From Gemmatimonadales bacterium (GTDB lineage: Bacteria; Gemmatimonadota; Gemmatimonadetes; Gemmatimonadales; GWC2-71-9): DNA of 64,000 nucleotides. The translations under genes were made by a program, and so were the position numbers. The notes under the pieces are model-generated. The model worked only from the letters and a program-made list of their open reading frames with translations, had not been told where the DNA came from and did not search any database. Within the stretch, counting starts at the first letter, position 1. Each line of letters starts with the position of its first letter. Positions 49,877 through 59,170 of this stretch are shown in pieces. The stretch spans positions 30,034-94,033 of the forward strand of contig DASSHL010000151.1 of NCBI GenBank assembly GCA_035692845.1, read 5' to 3'.

Positions 49877-51316
49877 ATGACCTCGACGCAAACTCTCGAC
49901 TTCAACGGCCACCTCCCCGAGGGCGTCTCTCTCTACGACTTCCAGCAGGTCGGCGTGGCCTACGCCCTGGTGACCGGGCGCTGCATCGTCGGCGACGAGA
50001 TGGGCCTCGGAAAGACGATCCAGGCCCTGACCGTCCTCGCCATCAAGAAGGCGTTCCCGGCCGTGGTGGTCTGCCCGGCCAGCCTCAAGGGGAACTGGGC
50101 GCGGGAGATCCGCCGGGCGCTCCCCGGCCGCTCGGTCTACATCGCCGCCGGCCGCAACGTGCTCCGCAAGGAGGCCATGGAGGCCCAGCGGGCCGACATC
50201 ACCATCGTGAACTACGACATCCTCGCCGCCTGGCAGCGGGCGCTTGGCACGCCGGCCGCCCTGATCCTGGACGAGAGCCACTACTGCAAAAACGAGAAGG
50301 CCGACCGCACCAAGGCCGCCCTCATGCTCGCCGCTCGGGTCCCCGCCGACGGCGTGGTGCTCGCCCTCACCGGCACGCCCCTCCTGAACCGGCCCAAGGA
50401 GCTGGTGGCCCAGCTCCAGATTCTCGGCCAGCTCGGCAACGTGGTCGGCCCGACCAAGACCGACAGCGACCGTGCCCGCACCGGGAAGTTCCTCTACCGC
50501 TACTGCGGCCCGGAGACGAACGAGTGGGGCACGACCTTCAACGGCGCCACCAACACCGAGGAGCTGAACACCCGGCTCCGCGCCGCTGGCTACATCCGCC
50601 GCCTGCGGGCCGAGGCCCTCGGCTCCAACGACACGATCCGCATCCCCGCCTACCTGAGCTTGAACGGCGCCCTCGACACCTACCGCAAGGCCGAGGCCGA
50701 CTTCATCGGCTTCCTTAAGGAGACAGAGGGTGTCGCCGCCGCCAACAAGGCCCGCCAGGCCGAGGCCATCGCCCGCCTCACCAAGCTGCGCCTCCTGGTC
50801 GGCCTCGCCAAGGTCCCGGCCATGATCGAGTGGATCGAGAACTGGATGGAGAACAACGAGGGCAAGGCCATCGTGGTCTTCGCCTGGCACAGGGAAGTCC
50901 AGCGGGCGCTGGTCGACCACTTCGCCTGCCCGGCCATCCTGGGCGGCCAGTCGGTCGACGCCACCGAGACGGCCAAGGCCGACTTCATGGCCGGGAAGAA
51001 CCGGATCATCGTCTGCTCGATCCAGGCGGCCAAGGAGGGCCACACCCTCACCGCCGCCTCCGACGTGTACTTCGCCGAGCAGCCCTGGAACCCCGGCACC
51101 CAGCAGCAGGCCGAGGACCGGGTCAACCGGATCGGCCAGGAGGCCAAGCAGTGCTTCGCATACAGCGCTCTGGCCGAGGGGACGGTGGACGAGATGGTCT
51201 ACCAGCTCATCGAGTCCAAGCGGGAGGTCTTCAAGGCGGTCGCCGACGGCACCGCCCTCGAAGCCAGCGACGAGAGCATCACCACCGCCGTGATCGACTA
51301 CCTAAAGGGGAAGTGA
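49877..51316 (+). CDS. SNF2-family helicase
   Basis: DFQQVGVAY...GDEMGLGKTIQAL (motif I), LILDESHYCKN (DExH), LTGTPLLNRP, C-term QQQAEDRVNRIGQ (motif VI). Confidence 0.85.
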   Translation: MTSTQTLDFNGHLPEGVSLYDFQQVGVAYALVTGRCIVGDEMGLGKTIQALTVLAIKKAFPAVVVCPASLKGNWAREIRRALPGRSVYIAAGRNVLRKEAMEAQRADITIVNYDILAAWQRALGTPAALILDESHYCKNEKADRTKAALMLAARVPADGVVLALTGTPLLNRPKELVAQLQILGQLGNVVGPTKTDSDRARTGKFLYRYCGPETNEWGTTFNGATNTEELNTRLRAAGYIRRLRAEALGSNDTIRIPAYLSLNGALDTYRKAEADFIGFLKETEGVAAANKARQAEAIARLTKLRLLVGLAKVPAMIEWIENWMENNEGKAIVVFAWHREVQRALVDHFACPAILGGQSVDATETAKADFMAGKNRIIVCSIQAAKEGHTLTAASDVYFAEQPWNPGTQQQAEDRVNRIGQEAKQCFAYSALAEGTVDEMVYQLIESKREVFKAVADGTALEASDESITTAVIDYLKGK

Positions 51317-51477
51317 TGGACATCGACATCCTCTACTGCGAGCTGAACCGGGTCACCCGGCAGCTCCGCGACCTGGAGGCCCGGCTTGGTCGTGTTGAGC
51401 GCACGGCCGAAGAGGCCAAGGACGAGTGCTACCGGCTGGAGAGCCGGGTCCGCGAGCTGGAGTACGCAGCCCGATGA
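51316..51477 (+). CDS. small coiled-coil protein
   Basis: TGATG coupling. Confidence 0.4.
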   Translation: MDIDILYCELNRVTRQLRDLEARLGRVERTAEEAKDECYRLESRVRELEYAAR

Positions 51478-51653
51478 GCACCCTCCAGAAGGCCCTGGAC
51501 GAGGCCGTGCTGGTCTACCGGACCGAACCCACCGAGGAGAACCGCCTGGCGCTCCTGAAGGCCATGGAGCGCTACCACGATGACTTCCTGCGCCGTGAGC
51601 GCGAGGAAGCCCTTGCCCGAGGTGTCGAGATCTACATCAAGAAGGAGAAGTGA
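51474..51653 (+). CDS. hypothetical protein
   Basis: ATGA coupling. Confidence 0.4.
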   Translation: MSTLQKALDEAVLVYRTEPTEENRLALLKAMERYHDDFLRREREEALARGVEIYIKKEK

Positions 51654-51946
51654 TGGCCCGCCTCCAGCCCAGCACCCCCGGCTTCGAGCCGAAGAAGCGG
51701 CCGGCGCCGAAGGGCGGCAAGTCGCCGGCCCCCAAGGCCAAGGTCATCAAGGCCCCGAAGGAAGTTGTCACCCCCCGGCCGATCATCCGGCTGACCGCCG
51801 GCCCGTACCGGGACGACGGCGTGAAGTGGAACCACCCGGCCTGGACGGTCATCACCCGTCAGGGCGACATCGTTCAGTACCACCGCTTCAAGAACGAGGA
51901 CGAGGCCAAGGAATTCGCTTCGTCGTTGTCAACCCCCAACCCGTAA
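51650..51946 (+). CDS. hypothetical basic protein
   Basis: GTGATG coupling; Lys/Pro-rich N-half. Confidence 0.45.
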   Translation: MMARLQPSTPGFEPKKRPAPKGGKSPAPKAKVIKAPKEVVTPRPIIRLTAGPYRDDGVKWNHPAWTVITRQGDIVQYHRFKNEDEAKEFASSLSTPNP

Positions 51947-51964
51947 CCCCTGTACATTGAGGAG

Positions 51965-52246
51965 ATGCCTTCCATGACCGCTACCCCCACCTGGGCCGAC
52001 GACAAAATGATCGGCCGTGTTCGCCAGGGCGCCGACCTAGAGCTGCACATCAAGGAGACGAAGGTCGATGGCCTGAAGTTCATCAACATCCGCGACTACG
52101 TGCCCTCCACGAAGGAGTACGGCCAGGGCACGCTGATCCGGCTGGAGCACCTGCCGTCGATCCTCGAATTCCTCAACGAACGAGCCGAGTACCACTTCGG
52201 CCGCGGAGGCCCGGTCAAGGGACAACAGTCCCTGCCTGGGGTGTGA
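51965..52246 (+). CDS. PC4/YdbC-like single-stranded DNA-binding protein (tentative)
   Basis: LELHIKETKVDGLKFINIRDYVPSTKEYGQGTLIRLEHLPSILEFL resembles the PC4 fold pattern. Confidence 0.45.
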   Translation: MPSMTATPTWADDKMIGRVRQGADLELHIKETKVDGLKFINIRDYVPSTKEYGQGTLIRLEHLPSILEFLNERAEYHFGRGGPVKGQQSLPGV

Positions 52247-52527
52247 TGAAGGTCGCCGACGATCTGATTTCCGACGCCGCCGGCCAGACCCTCATCCCGA
52301 TCCACTGTCGCGGCTGCGGCCAGCAGATCGGGTGGGGGACCGGCGCTCCGGGCGTCCGCATGTTCTGCTCCCCCCGCTGCGCTGCCATGGGTCCGATCCC
52401 CGATAACTGCGAGCGGAATCACCTGATCCGCCACACCGTGGCCGCCGGCTGGACGACGGCCAAGACCGCTGAGCATTTCGGCATCAGCCGCCAGCGGGTC
52501 AACCAGATGCTCTACGGCAAGGGGTAA
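52243..52527 (+). CDS. helix-turn-helix DNA-binding protein
   Basis: C-terminal WTTAKTAEHFGISRQRVNQMLYG HTH; N-terminal CRGCG...CSPRC. Confidence 0.5.
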   Translation: MMKVADDLISDAAGQTLIPIHCRGCGQQIGWGTGAPGVRMFCSPRCAAMGPIPDNCERNHLIRHTVAAGWTTAKTAEHFGISRQRVNQMLYGKG

Positions 52528-52537
52528 ATTCAGGGCC

Positions 52538-52765
52538 ATGGCTGATCCCGTTCATTGCAAATGCGGTCAGCTCTTGTCGGCCAACGGCATGTCCTGGGGT
52601 CCGCGTCAGGGCTACCGGGTCAGCCGGCGAGCCATCGATGGGACGCCCATCGTCGGAACGATAAGCCGCCCGGACACGCGGGGTGCCAAACCCATGTGCC
52701 GAGCTTGTGCGGAAGTAGCGGTCATCAACCGTCGGTCAACGCAAGAAGCCAAACGGAGAGCCTGA
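52538..52765 (+). CDS. hypothetical zinc-ribbon-like protein
   Basis: CKCG...CRAC. Confidence 0.45.
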   Translation: MADPVHCKCGQLLSANGMSWGPRQGYRVSRRAIDGTPIVGTISRPDTRGAKPMCRACAEVAVINRRSTQEAKRRA

Positions 52766-53100
52766 TGGACGACATCTTCAACGACCGCCGGGTCAAGCCG
52801 GCCGTGCATCCTGACCACACCATGGTGGGTGACCCCCACTACGTCGATCCCCGGACCGTGACCTGGGTCGAGCGGGAACCGGCGTCCGGCTTCCGGGGAG
52901 CTAAATCCCCCCGCTGGCGCGTCCAGCACCTCCAGGCCAACGAATTCGGCGGATCCATGCAGCGCTCGACGCTGCCCATGCGAAGCCGGCGGGCTGCCAC
53001 CAGTGCCTTCGAGATGATCAAGCAGGGGCACGATGTCGGCGCCTTCGATCGTCGGGGCAACCTCCTCGATGTCGATGTCCGCGAGCGGCAGCGGCGGTGA
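52765..53100 (+). CDS. hypothetical protein
   Basis: TGATG coupling at 52765. Confidence 0.45.
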   Translation: MDDIFNDRRVKPAVHPDHTMVGDPHYVDPRTVTWVEREPASGFRGAKSPRWRVQHLQANEFGGSMQRSTLPMRSRRAATSAFEMIKQGHDVGAFDRRGNLLDVDVRERQRR

Positions 53101-53606
53101 GTGACCGGCAAAGCCGGGTCGACCACTTCAACGCCGGGGCGGCCGGGCGTGACGACGAGACGGGCTACGAGCGCGACCAGCGTGCGCCTGCTCGGGCGCT
53201 CTACGGCTCGAAGGACATGGAGCGGCTCTTCCCCGGCCAGATCCCCCGAGCTGGCGCTCCCTGGCCCAGCGCCGGCCGGCGGAAGAACGAGCCGAAGTTC
53301 GACCAGGCGGCGGTGACGGCCGAGCTGGAGCGCTCCCCCCGGACGGTGGACATCGACCCCCGCATCCTGAGCGCCGGCCAGCCGCACGTCACGCGGGCCG
53401 GCGTCGAGCACTACATGAGCGGGAAGTACGAGCAGACGGGCGAGACGTTCGCCGACCAGCACAACGTCGGCAACCAGTTCCCGTTCGTGGTGACCAAGCC
53501 CCGGCCGACCGGTGGCCATGAGCATCTGATCATCTCCGGGCACCACCGGGCGACCGCCGCCCTCCTCCAGGGCCGGAAGCTGACGACGAGATGGGTTGAG
53601 CAATGA
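53097..53606 (+). CDS. ParB/Srx-fold domain protein with N-terminal SRVDHFNAGA tag
   Basis: EHLIISGHHRATAALLQG = DGHHR-type box. Confidence 0.6.
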   Translation: MSDRQSRVDHFNAGAAGRDDETGYERDQRAPARALYGSKDMERLFPGQIPRAGAPWPSAGRRKNEPKFDQAAVTAELERSPRTVDIDPRILSAGQPHVTRAGVEHYMSGKYEQTGETFADQHNVGNQFPFVVTKPRPTGGHEHLIISGHHRATAALLQGRKLTTRWVEQ

Positions 53607-53860
53607 CCACGCCCGAACCGATCGCCATCACGACCACGCTTTATCTGGGGCCTCCAGAGGCCGCCTACGGCCGCGAGCGCATGGTTCCGGTCCTGACGGC
53701 CTCCGAGGCCGCCACAGCCATCCAGAGCGGCCTACAGGCCCTCCTGCCCGAAGGCGCTTGGCATCTGGCGGCAGCCGTGCTGCGCGGCTTCGGCGCCGAT
53801 GAGGAGCACATCGGGTTCCGGCTGGCGATGGCCGGCGGCCCGCAGAAGATCAGGAGCTAG
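53603..53860 (+). CDS. hypothetical protein
   Basis: ATGA coupling. Confidence 0.45.
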   Translation: MTTPEPIAITTTLYLGPPEAAYGRERMVPVLTASEAATAIQSGLQALLPEGAWHLAAAVLRGFGADEEHIGFRLAMAGGPQKIRS

Positions 53861-54207
53861 GGCTTCGGGTCACAGTGGTAGGGCACGGCGATGATGCAGG
53901 CCGGGTTCGGCTCGGCCGCCTGGGCCGACGGCTCCTGCCCCTGGTCCCCGTCCTGGCCGTCCTTGTCCTTCGAGTCACCGAAGTTGCACGTCGAGCCGGG
54001 CAGGCAGAAGTACAGCGTCGTCGGTGAGTCCTTCAGGTCAGGGCTGAACGCCTTGTGGTTGTCGTCCCGGCCAGAGTGGCGGGACTGGTCGTTGCAGTTC
54101 CCCTCCCGGTTGCAGTCGCCGTCGCGGTAGCCGCGGGCGTAGGCCGGCGCCGCCGGTCCGAGCAGGAGAGCTGCGACCGCAAGAGTCCCCAGGATGCGCC
54201 TTGTCAT
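53857..54207 (-). CDS. secreted Cys-rich protein
   Basis: Signal peptide MTRRILGTLAVAALLLGPAAPAYA; eight Cys. Confidence 0.5.
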   Translation of the reverse strand: MTRRILGTLAVAALLLGPAAPAYARGYRDGDCNREGNCNDQSRHSGRDDNHKAFSPDLKDSPTTLYFCLPGSTCNFGDSKDKDGQDGDQGQEPSAQAAEPNPACIIAVPYHCDPKP

Positions 54208-54249
54208 TTGTCCATCCCCCAGTTGCCTCGAATTAGAGGCTCCTGTGTA

Positions 54250-54660
54250 TCAGATGCCGCCGAGGTTCTCAACGTCGCCGAGGAGGCTGCCGGCCGTCCC
54301 AGCCACTGCGCCCACGACCTTGCCGGTGGTTGACACGACATCTCCCACCACCTGCGTGGCGCCCTCGACCGCAGGCTCCGCGACGGTGTCCACCGTACCG
54401 ACGACTTTTCCCATTGTGCCTCCGGGTGTCGTGGTCACCAGGCCGGGCGTCGGCAGGATGGCGGGGATGAAGCCCTTCGTCTCGCCGTAGTTGTGCAGGA
54501 AGACCACGATCACGCCCCAGACGGCCAGCACCAAGCTGGCGATGGTCGGGGACAGGCCGTGCGCCAGCACGTCCACCAGGACGGTCAGCGAGCCGGCGGC
54601 GGCCATCTGCAGAATCGTGCGCCCGGCCTTGCGGAGGCCGCGGTCGAGAGCTGGCTTCAT
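54250..54660 (-). CDS. holin-like membrane protein
   Basis: Two TM helices (TILQMAAAGSLTVLVDVL; IASLVLAVWGVIVVFL) plus a Gly/Val-rich tail, in the lysis cassette. Confidence 0.5.
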   Translation of the reverse strand: MKPALDRGLRKAGRTILQMAAAGSLTVLVDVLAHGLSPTIASLVLAVWGVIVVFLHNYGETKGFIPAILPTPGLVTTTPGGTMGKVVGTVDTVAEPAVEGATQVVGDVVSTTGKVVGAVAGTAGSLLGDVENLGGI

Positions 54661-55184
54661 CGGGGACCTCCTTTGGCCGAATATCCGGGGGCGTAGCTGC
54701 CCTGCTGGAGGCTGATGTTCCCGGCCCGGATGAATTCGTCGCAGAGCTGCTTGAGTACTTGCGCCTGGTCATGGGTCAGCGGGATCACGTCGGGCTGGTT
54801 GATCTCGATGTGGAGGGCGTCAGCTTCCTTATCGTGGGCGAACTGGTTGGTGTGCCGGTGGTCATCGAGGTCGGCCAGCAGGCATCCGACACCGGCTCGA
54901 ACCGTCTCGTTGCTACGGAGGACGGCTCGGCGGTCGCCGGCCCGGACGGCGAACAAGACACCGATGAGGACGAGCACAGCAATGAGCAGGCCGCTGTTGA
55001 CCATGTCATGGGTGGGCCGGGCAGTTCTAGCTCGACCGCCCTCGGCCACCTTTTCGGCGGCCCGCTCTACCGCCCGGTCGATCAGATCGCTCGGTGGCAA
55101 CGGAGCAACCGGCACCGTTACTACTTCCGGCGCTGTCGGGGCAGAGGCCGGCTCTTCGTGCTGGCCTGGGTCCAACGGTTCCAT
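54657..55184 (-). CDS. single-TM membrane protein (lysis cassette)
   Basis: TM LLIAVLVLIGVLFAV; ATGA coupling. Confidence 0.5.
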   Translation of the reverse strand: MEPLDPGQHEEPASAPTAPEVVTVPVAPLPPSDLIDRAVERAAEKVAEGGRARTARPTHDMVNSGLLIAVLVLIGVLFAVRAGDRRAVLRSNETVRAGVGCLLADLDDHRHTNQFAHDKEADALHIEINQPDVIPLTHDQAQVLKQLCDEFIRAGNISLQQGSYAPGYSAKGGPR

Positions 55185-55510
55185 CAGTGCCTCCCCCCAG
55201 TTACCTGGAGCACCTGGGTGATGAACGAGATCAACAGCGTAAGGAATGCAGCGATGACCATGAAGGTCAGCTTGGAGTTGGACGATTCCAGCTTGGCGAC
55301 CCGAGCCTCCTGGGCCTGAAGGGCGGCAGCGTGAGCGATCTCCCGAGCTTCCTGCACCTTCTCCGAGGCGACGATGCGGTCGACGCAGTGAGCCTCGACG
55401 GCGCGGAGCTGATCTACGGTCGCTGTCCGCTCATCCATCCGGTCCTCGACACGCTGGAGCCGGCGGGCGATCTCGGTAATTGAAGGTCCGTTGGTGTAGC
55501 TGTCGGGCAT
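55184..55510 (-). CDS. coiled-coil protein with C-terminal TM anchor (lysis cassette)
   Basis: LTFMVIAAFLTLLISFITQVL at the C-terminus. Confidence 0.5.
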   Translation of the reverse strand: MPDSYTNGPSITEIARRLQRVEDRMDERTATVDQLRAVEAHCVDRIVASEKVQEAREIAHAAALQAQEARVAKLESSNSKLTFMVIAAFLTLLISFITQVLQVTGGRH

Positions 55511-55525
55511 TGCACCCGACAGTAC

Positions 55526-56029
55526 TTACTTCCCAGGGCCGGTGGCAGCCAATCCCTTCATCACGCAGTCGTTGAGCTGAGTCTCGGTGCGATCGGCGGG
55601 GTGAATCAAGAAGGCACAGTTTAGGTACGTGATGAAAAATGCCTGGCCGTTGCTTTCGCCGCAGCGCTGCTTCTTTTCTTCCGGCGTCAGGGAATTCGGT
55701 CGCAGGCAGTCCCGCACGTAATTCGCCACCTCGGCGGCGTCCTTGGCGATGGTCTGCGTCTTGGCTCCCTGATCGTGGTTCGCCAGCGACTGCAGCCAGA
55801 TGCCGCCCAGCCCGATGACGGCGGCGATGAGCACGGTGATGAGGATCTGGTTCAGTCGGCGGAATTTCCGCTGGTTGACCTCCTGCTCCTGAGCCACGAT
55901 CCCCGAGAGGCGTTCCTCGGAGAGGTTCGTCTCGACGGCGTGAGCCATCGTCTCCAGCCCGGCAGCTACGGCTAATAGTTCGGTTCGTAGATCAGGCCCC
56001 TGCCGGCGGTCCGGCCCCTGGTACACCAC
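55526..56029 (-). CDS. single-TM membrane protein (lysis cassette)
   Basis: TM ILITVLIAAVIGLGGIWL; Cys-containing ectodomain. Confidence 0.5.
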   Translation of the reverse strand: MVYQGPDRRQGPDLRTELLAVAAGLETMAHAVETNLSEERLSGIVAQEQEVNQRKFRRLNQILITVLIAAVIGLGGIWLQSLANHDQGAKTQTIAKDAAEVANYVRDCLRPNSLTPEEKKQRCGESNGQAFFITYLNCAFLIHPADRTETQLNDCVMKGLAATGPGK

Positions 56030-56279
56030 CGTCGCCCTCCTCTGGTATCTGCTCCACGAGGTTCTCTAAGTCCTCGACATCACCGTAGATGTCATCGAGT
56101 GCCGCCTTAAGACGACGAGCCGCCGCCTGGGCCTGAGCTTTGACCGACGCCACCTCCAGGGCCGTAACCAAAGTCGCGTCCACCAGCGGGACCGCGTGCT
56201 CCTGAGCCGCCTCGGTAGTAGCTGGCTTCCTCCGCTTCCGTAGCCCCACCGCGCCGTTCCCTCCGCTCGTACTGCTCAA
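55992..56279 (-). CDS. hypothetical protein
   Basis: TTG start; higher GC3 than the overlapping frame of 56107..56622. Confidence 0.4.
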   Translation of the reverse strand: MSSTSGGNGAVGLRKRRKPATTEAAQEHAVPLVDATLVTALEVASVKAQAQAAARRLKAALDDIYGDVEDLENLVEQIPEEGDGGVPGAGPPAGA

Positions 56280-56622
56280 TGATCCACTCCATCTTTTTCA
56301 GTACGTCTTCGACATGGGCCAGGGCCGGGGCAAGTTTTTTCTCGTAGTCGCCCAGCACCGGGAGGATCTCGTTGTGGTAGACGGCCAGGAGCGTGTCGAT
56401 GAGCGCCTGCCGGCGGGCCAGCTCGGCCTCGTTGCGGCCCCGCTCGGCTTCGAGGAGGTTGGTGACGCGGGCGATCTCGTCGTCCTTCTGCTGGCGCTCG
56501 TACTCGACTGCCTTTCCCGAGTGCATCTGGCCGAGGATGATCGTGACCACCCAGACGCCGGCCACTCCCGCCCCGCCGATGAGGGCGCCGAAGGGGTCGG
56601 GACCGACGCCAGCGAGGATCAT
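56107..56622 (-). CDS. TM plus coiled-coil protein (lysis cassette); 3' end doubtful
   Basis: ATGA coupling to the endolysin stop; MILAGVGPDPFGALIGGAGVAGVWVVTIILG; GC3 collapses after about 56270, where the next frame takes over. Confidence 0.45.
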   Translation of the reverse strand: MILAGVGPDPFGALIGGAGVAGVWVVTIILGQMHSGKAVEYERQQKDDEIARVTNLLEAERGRNEAELARRQALIDTLLAVYHNEILPVLGDYEKKLAPALAHVEDVLKKMEWIIEQYERRERRGGATEAEEASYYRGGSGARGPAGGRDFGYGPGGGVGQSSGPGGGSSS

Positions 56623-57569
56623 CCCTGCCAGGTCACTGTTTCCAAGAAGGGGGCGTCCCCGAAGTTGAACAGCCCGCCGTCCTGGGCGATGAGCCAGTAG
56701 CCGTTGGCCGAGAAGGTCTTCATCCCCACCACCGGCTTGTTGAGGGTCTTGCCGCCCATCGAACCAAGGTCGCCGCGGGCGTTGCCGAAGGCGAACACGC
56801 CGCCGTCGGCAGCGCACAGCCAGTAGCCACCACCGTCGGGCGTCACGTCTCCCCCGACGACGGGGGCATTCAATTGGATGCCGCCCAGAGCGCCGTAATT
56901 CGGGGCCTTGAACGAGAACACGCCGCCGTCGGCGCCGATCTCGGCGTAGCCACCGTTCCAGCTCGGGTGGGACATCATGCCGACGACGGGAGCGTTGACC
57001 ACCAGACGAACCTCCTGCGGTGCCGGCGCTCCTACGGAGCGCACCATGTCGATGTACTGGCCCATGGGGAAATTCGGGCCGGGGTCCCAGTGCGTGCTCT
57101 TCTTCCACGCCTTGGACACCTCAGCGTGGGTGGTGATCCCTCGCTTGCCGGCGAGAAGATCGGCCGCCGGCACGAAGTTGATCGGGATCTGATAGGCGTC
57201 GCAGAGCTTGCGGCTCAGCCGAGCTGAGATCTGCAGCTCTGCAGCGCTGTAGGCATCCGCCCACTGATCGGCGCGCTGGTTGGCGTAGCCGGCGTGCTCG
57301 ATGCCAAGGCCATTGCTGTTGGCGCCGGGCGCATGCCAGGCCACGTCCTTGTCGAGCACGTCCTGGACGATCGAGTTGTTGTCGACGCAGTAGTGCGTGC
57401 TGGCCTGGGTCGTGGTCGTGGCGAACATGCGAGCGATGCGCTCGGCCATGTCGTCCGTCTCGGGGGCTTCCATGTCGTGAATAACGATTAAATCGATTTT
57501 CCGACCTTTGCTTCCAGTGTTGGTGAACCACCGGGCCTTTACAAAGGGAATCACCAAATCGTCAGCCAA
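56619..57569 (-). CDS. endolysin: N-acetylmuramoyl-L-alanine amidase (amidase_2/PGRP type) plus three DGGVFxFG wall-binding repeats
   Basis: IVIHDMEAP, STHYCVD, AWHAPGANSNGLGIEHAG, THAEVS...HWDPG; C-term LNAPVVG...GGYW..A.DGG(V/L)F.FG three times; TTG start. Confidence 0.8.
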   Translation of the reverse strand: MADDLVIPFVKARWFTNTGSKGRKIDLIVIHDMEAPETDDMAERIARMFATTTTQASTHYCVDNNSIVQDVLDKDVAWHAPGANSNGLGIEHAGYANQRADQWADAYSAAELQISARLSRKLCDAYQIPINFVPAADLLAGKRGITTHAEVSKAWKKSTHWDPGPNFPMGQYIDMVRSVGAPAPQEVRLVVNAPVVGMMSHPSWNGGYAEIGADGGVFSFKAPNYGALGGIQLNAPVVGGDVTPDGGGYWLCAADGGVFAFGNARGDLGSMGGKTLNKPVVGMKTFSANGYWLIAQDGGLFNFGDAPFLETVTWQG

Positions 57570-57613
57570 TGTCGTGCTCCTTTGTCCGATAGGGCAAGGG
57601 TACTCTGGCGCCT

Positions 57614-59170
57614 ATGAGCGTCGTTGACGAGCAAAACCTTGAGGATTTAGAGCCGGAACCCGAACCGCTCGACGTAAATACGCAGGCATTTATCGAGCGG
57701 CTGATCGACGGAATTATCGAATTCATGCACCTGATGGTGGGGCACGAACTGCATCCCTACCAGATCTCGCCGGCCCGCCGGATGATCGAGTCCGTCCTCT
57801 TGAACGACGGCGAGGAATTGACCATCCTCATGTCTCGGCAGTCGGGGAAGTCCGAGACGGTAGCGGACGTGGTCGCCGCCCTACTGGTGCTCCTTCCCCG
57901 GCTGGCCGAGCAGTTCCCCGAATTCGAGAACCTCAAGAAATTCCGGCGTGGGTTCTGGGTCGGCATCTTTGCCCCGACCGACGAGCAGGCCGACACGATC
58001 TTCTCTCGTACCGTCAGCCGGCTCACCTCTGACCACGCCATGGACCTGCTGCTCGACCCTGAGCTGAACGAGTACCCCGAGGGCAAGGGCAAGCTCGTCA
58101 AGCTGAAGAAGAGCGGCTCGTTCTGCCGCATGCAGACCGCTCACCCCCGAGCGAAAATCGAGTCGAAGTCCTACCACCTGCTGATCGTGGACGAGGCCCA
58201 GCACGCCGACGAGCACGTCGTGCGGAAATCCATCCACCCCATGGGCGCTTACTACAACGCCTCGCTGGTGAAGCTCGGCACGCCAGACGTGAAGAAGGGC
58301 GACTTCTACAAGGCCATCCAGCTCAACAAGCGCCGGCAGACCAAGCGAGGCGCCAAGCAGAACCACTTCGAATACGACTGGAAGGCGTGCGCCCGGTACA
58401 ACCCCAACTACCGGAAGTACGTCACGAAGGAATTGCAGCGCCTCGGTGAGGACAGCGACGAATTCCGCCTGAGCTACGCCCTGGAGTGGCTGCTCGAACG
58501 AGGCATGTTCGTCACGCAGTCGATCATGGAAGAGCTGACGGACCCGAAGATGGACCTCGTCAAGAGCTGGTTCAAGTCGCCGGTCCTGGTGGGCATCGAC
58601 CCCGCCCGGAAGATCGACTCCACCGTCGTCACGGTGGTGTGGGTCGACTGGGACCGGCCCGATGAATTCGGCTACTACGACCACCGAATTCTGAATTGGC
58701 TGGAGCTGCACGGCGACGACTGGGAGAGTCAGTACTGGAAGATCTGCGATTTCCTCCAGTACTACGACGTGCTCGGCGTCGGCGTCGATTCGCAGGGCGT
58801 GGGCGACGCTGTGGCCGAGAGGCTGAAGCGCCTGCTCCCCCGCGCAGAGGTCCACGCCCTGCGATCGAACCGCCCGGACCAGTCAGAGCGCTGGAAGCAC
58901 CTGATGGAGCTGGTGCAGCGCCGGATGGTGGCCTGGCCCGGCAGCTCGCGGGCGAAGCGCACGAAGGTCTGGCAGCGCTACATGCAGCAGATGATGGACC
59001 TGGAGAAGCACTACGAGGGGCCGCACCTGCTGGCCCGCGCCCCCGACGAAGCCGAGGCCCATGACGACTACCCCGATAGCCTGGCCTTGGCGTGCGTGCT
59101 CACCAAGGAGATGACCATGCCCACCGTCGAGGTCAGCACAGCTCCCTTCTACGAAGAGAGGCGGCGGTAG
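57614..59170 (+). CDS. terL: terminase large subunit
   Basis: ILMSRQSGKSET (Walker A-like), HLLIVDEAQH (Walker B), C-terminal nuclease-like VGVDSQGVGDAV...DDYPDSLA; 518 aa. Confidence 0.8.
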   Translation: MSVVDEQNLEDLEPEPEPLDVNTQAFIERLIDGIIEFMHLMVGHELHPYQISPARRMIESVLLNDGEELTILMSRQSGKSETVADVVAALLVLLPRLAEQFPEFENLKKFRRGFWVGIFAPTDEQADTIFSRTVSRLTSDHAMDLLLDPELNEYPEGKGKLVKLKKSGSFCRMQTAHPRAKIESKSYHLLIVDEAQHADEHVVRKSIHPMGAYYNASLVKLGTPDVKKGDFYKAIQLNKRRQTKRGAKQNHFEYDWKACARYNPNYRKYVTKELQRLGEDSDEFRLSYALEWLLERGMFVTQSIMEELTDPKMDLVKSWFKSPVLVGIDPARKIDSTVVTVVWVDWDRPDEFGYYDHRILNWLELHGDDWESQYWKICDFLQYYDVLGVGVDSQGVGDAVAERLKRLLPRAEVHALRSNRPDQSERWKHLMELVQRRMVAWPGSSRAKRTKVWQRYMQQMMDLEKHYEGPHLLARAPDEAEAHDDYPDSLALACVLTKEMTMPTVEVSTAPFYEERRR

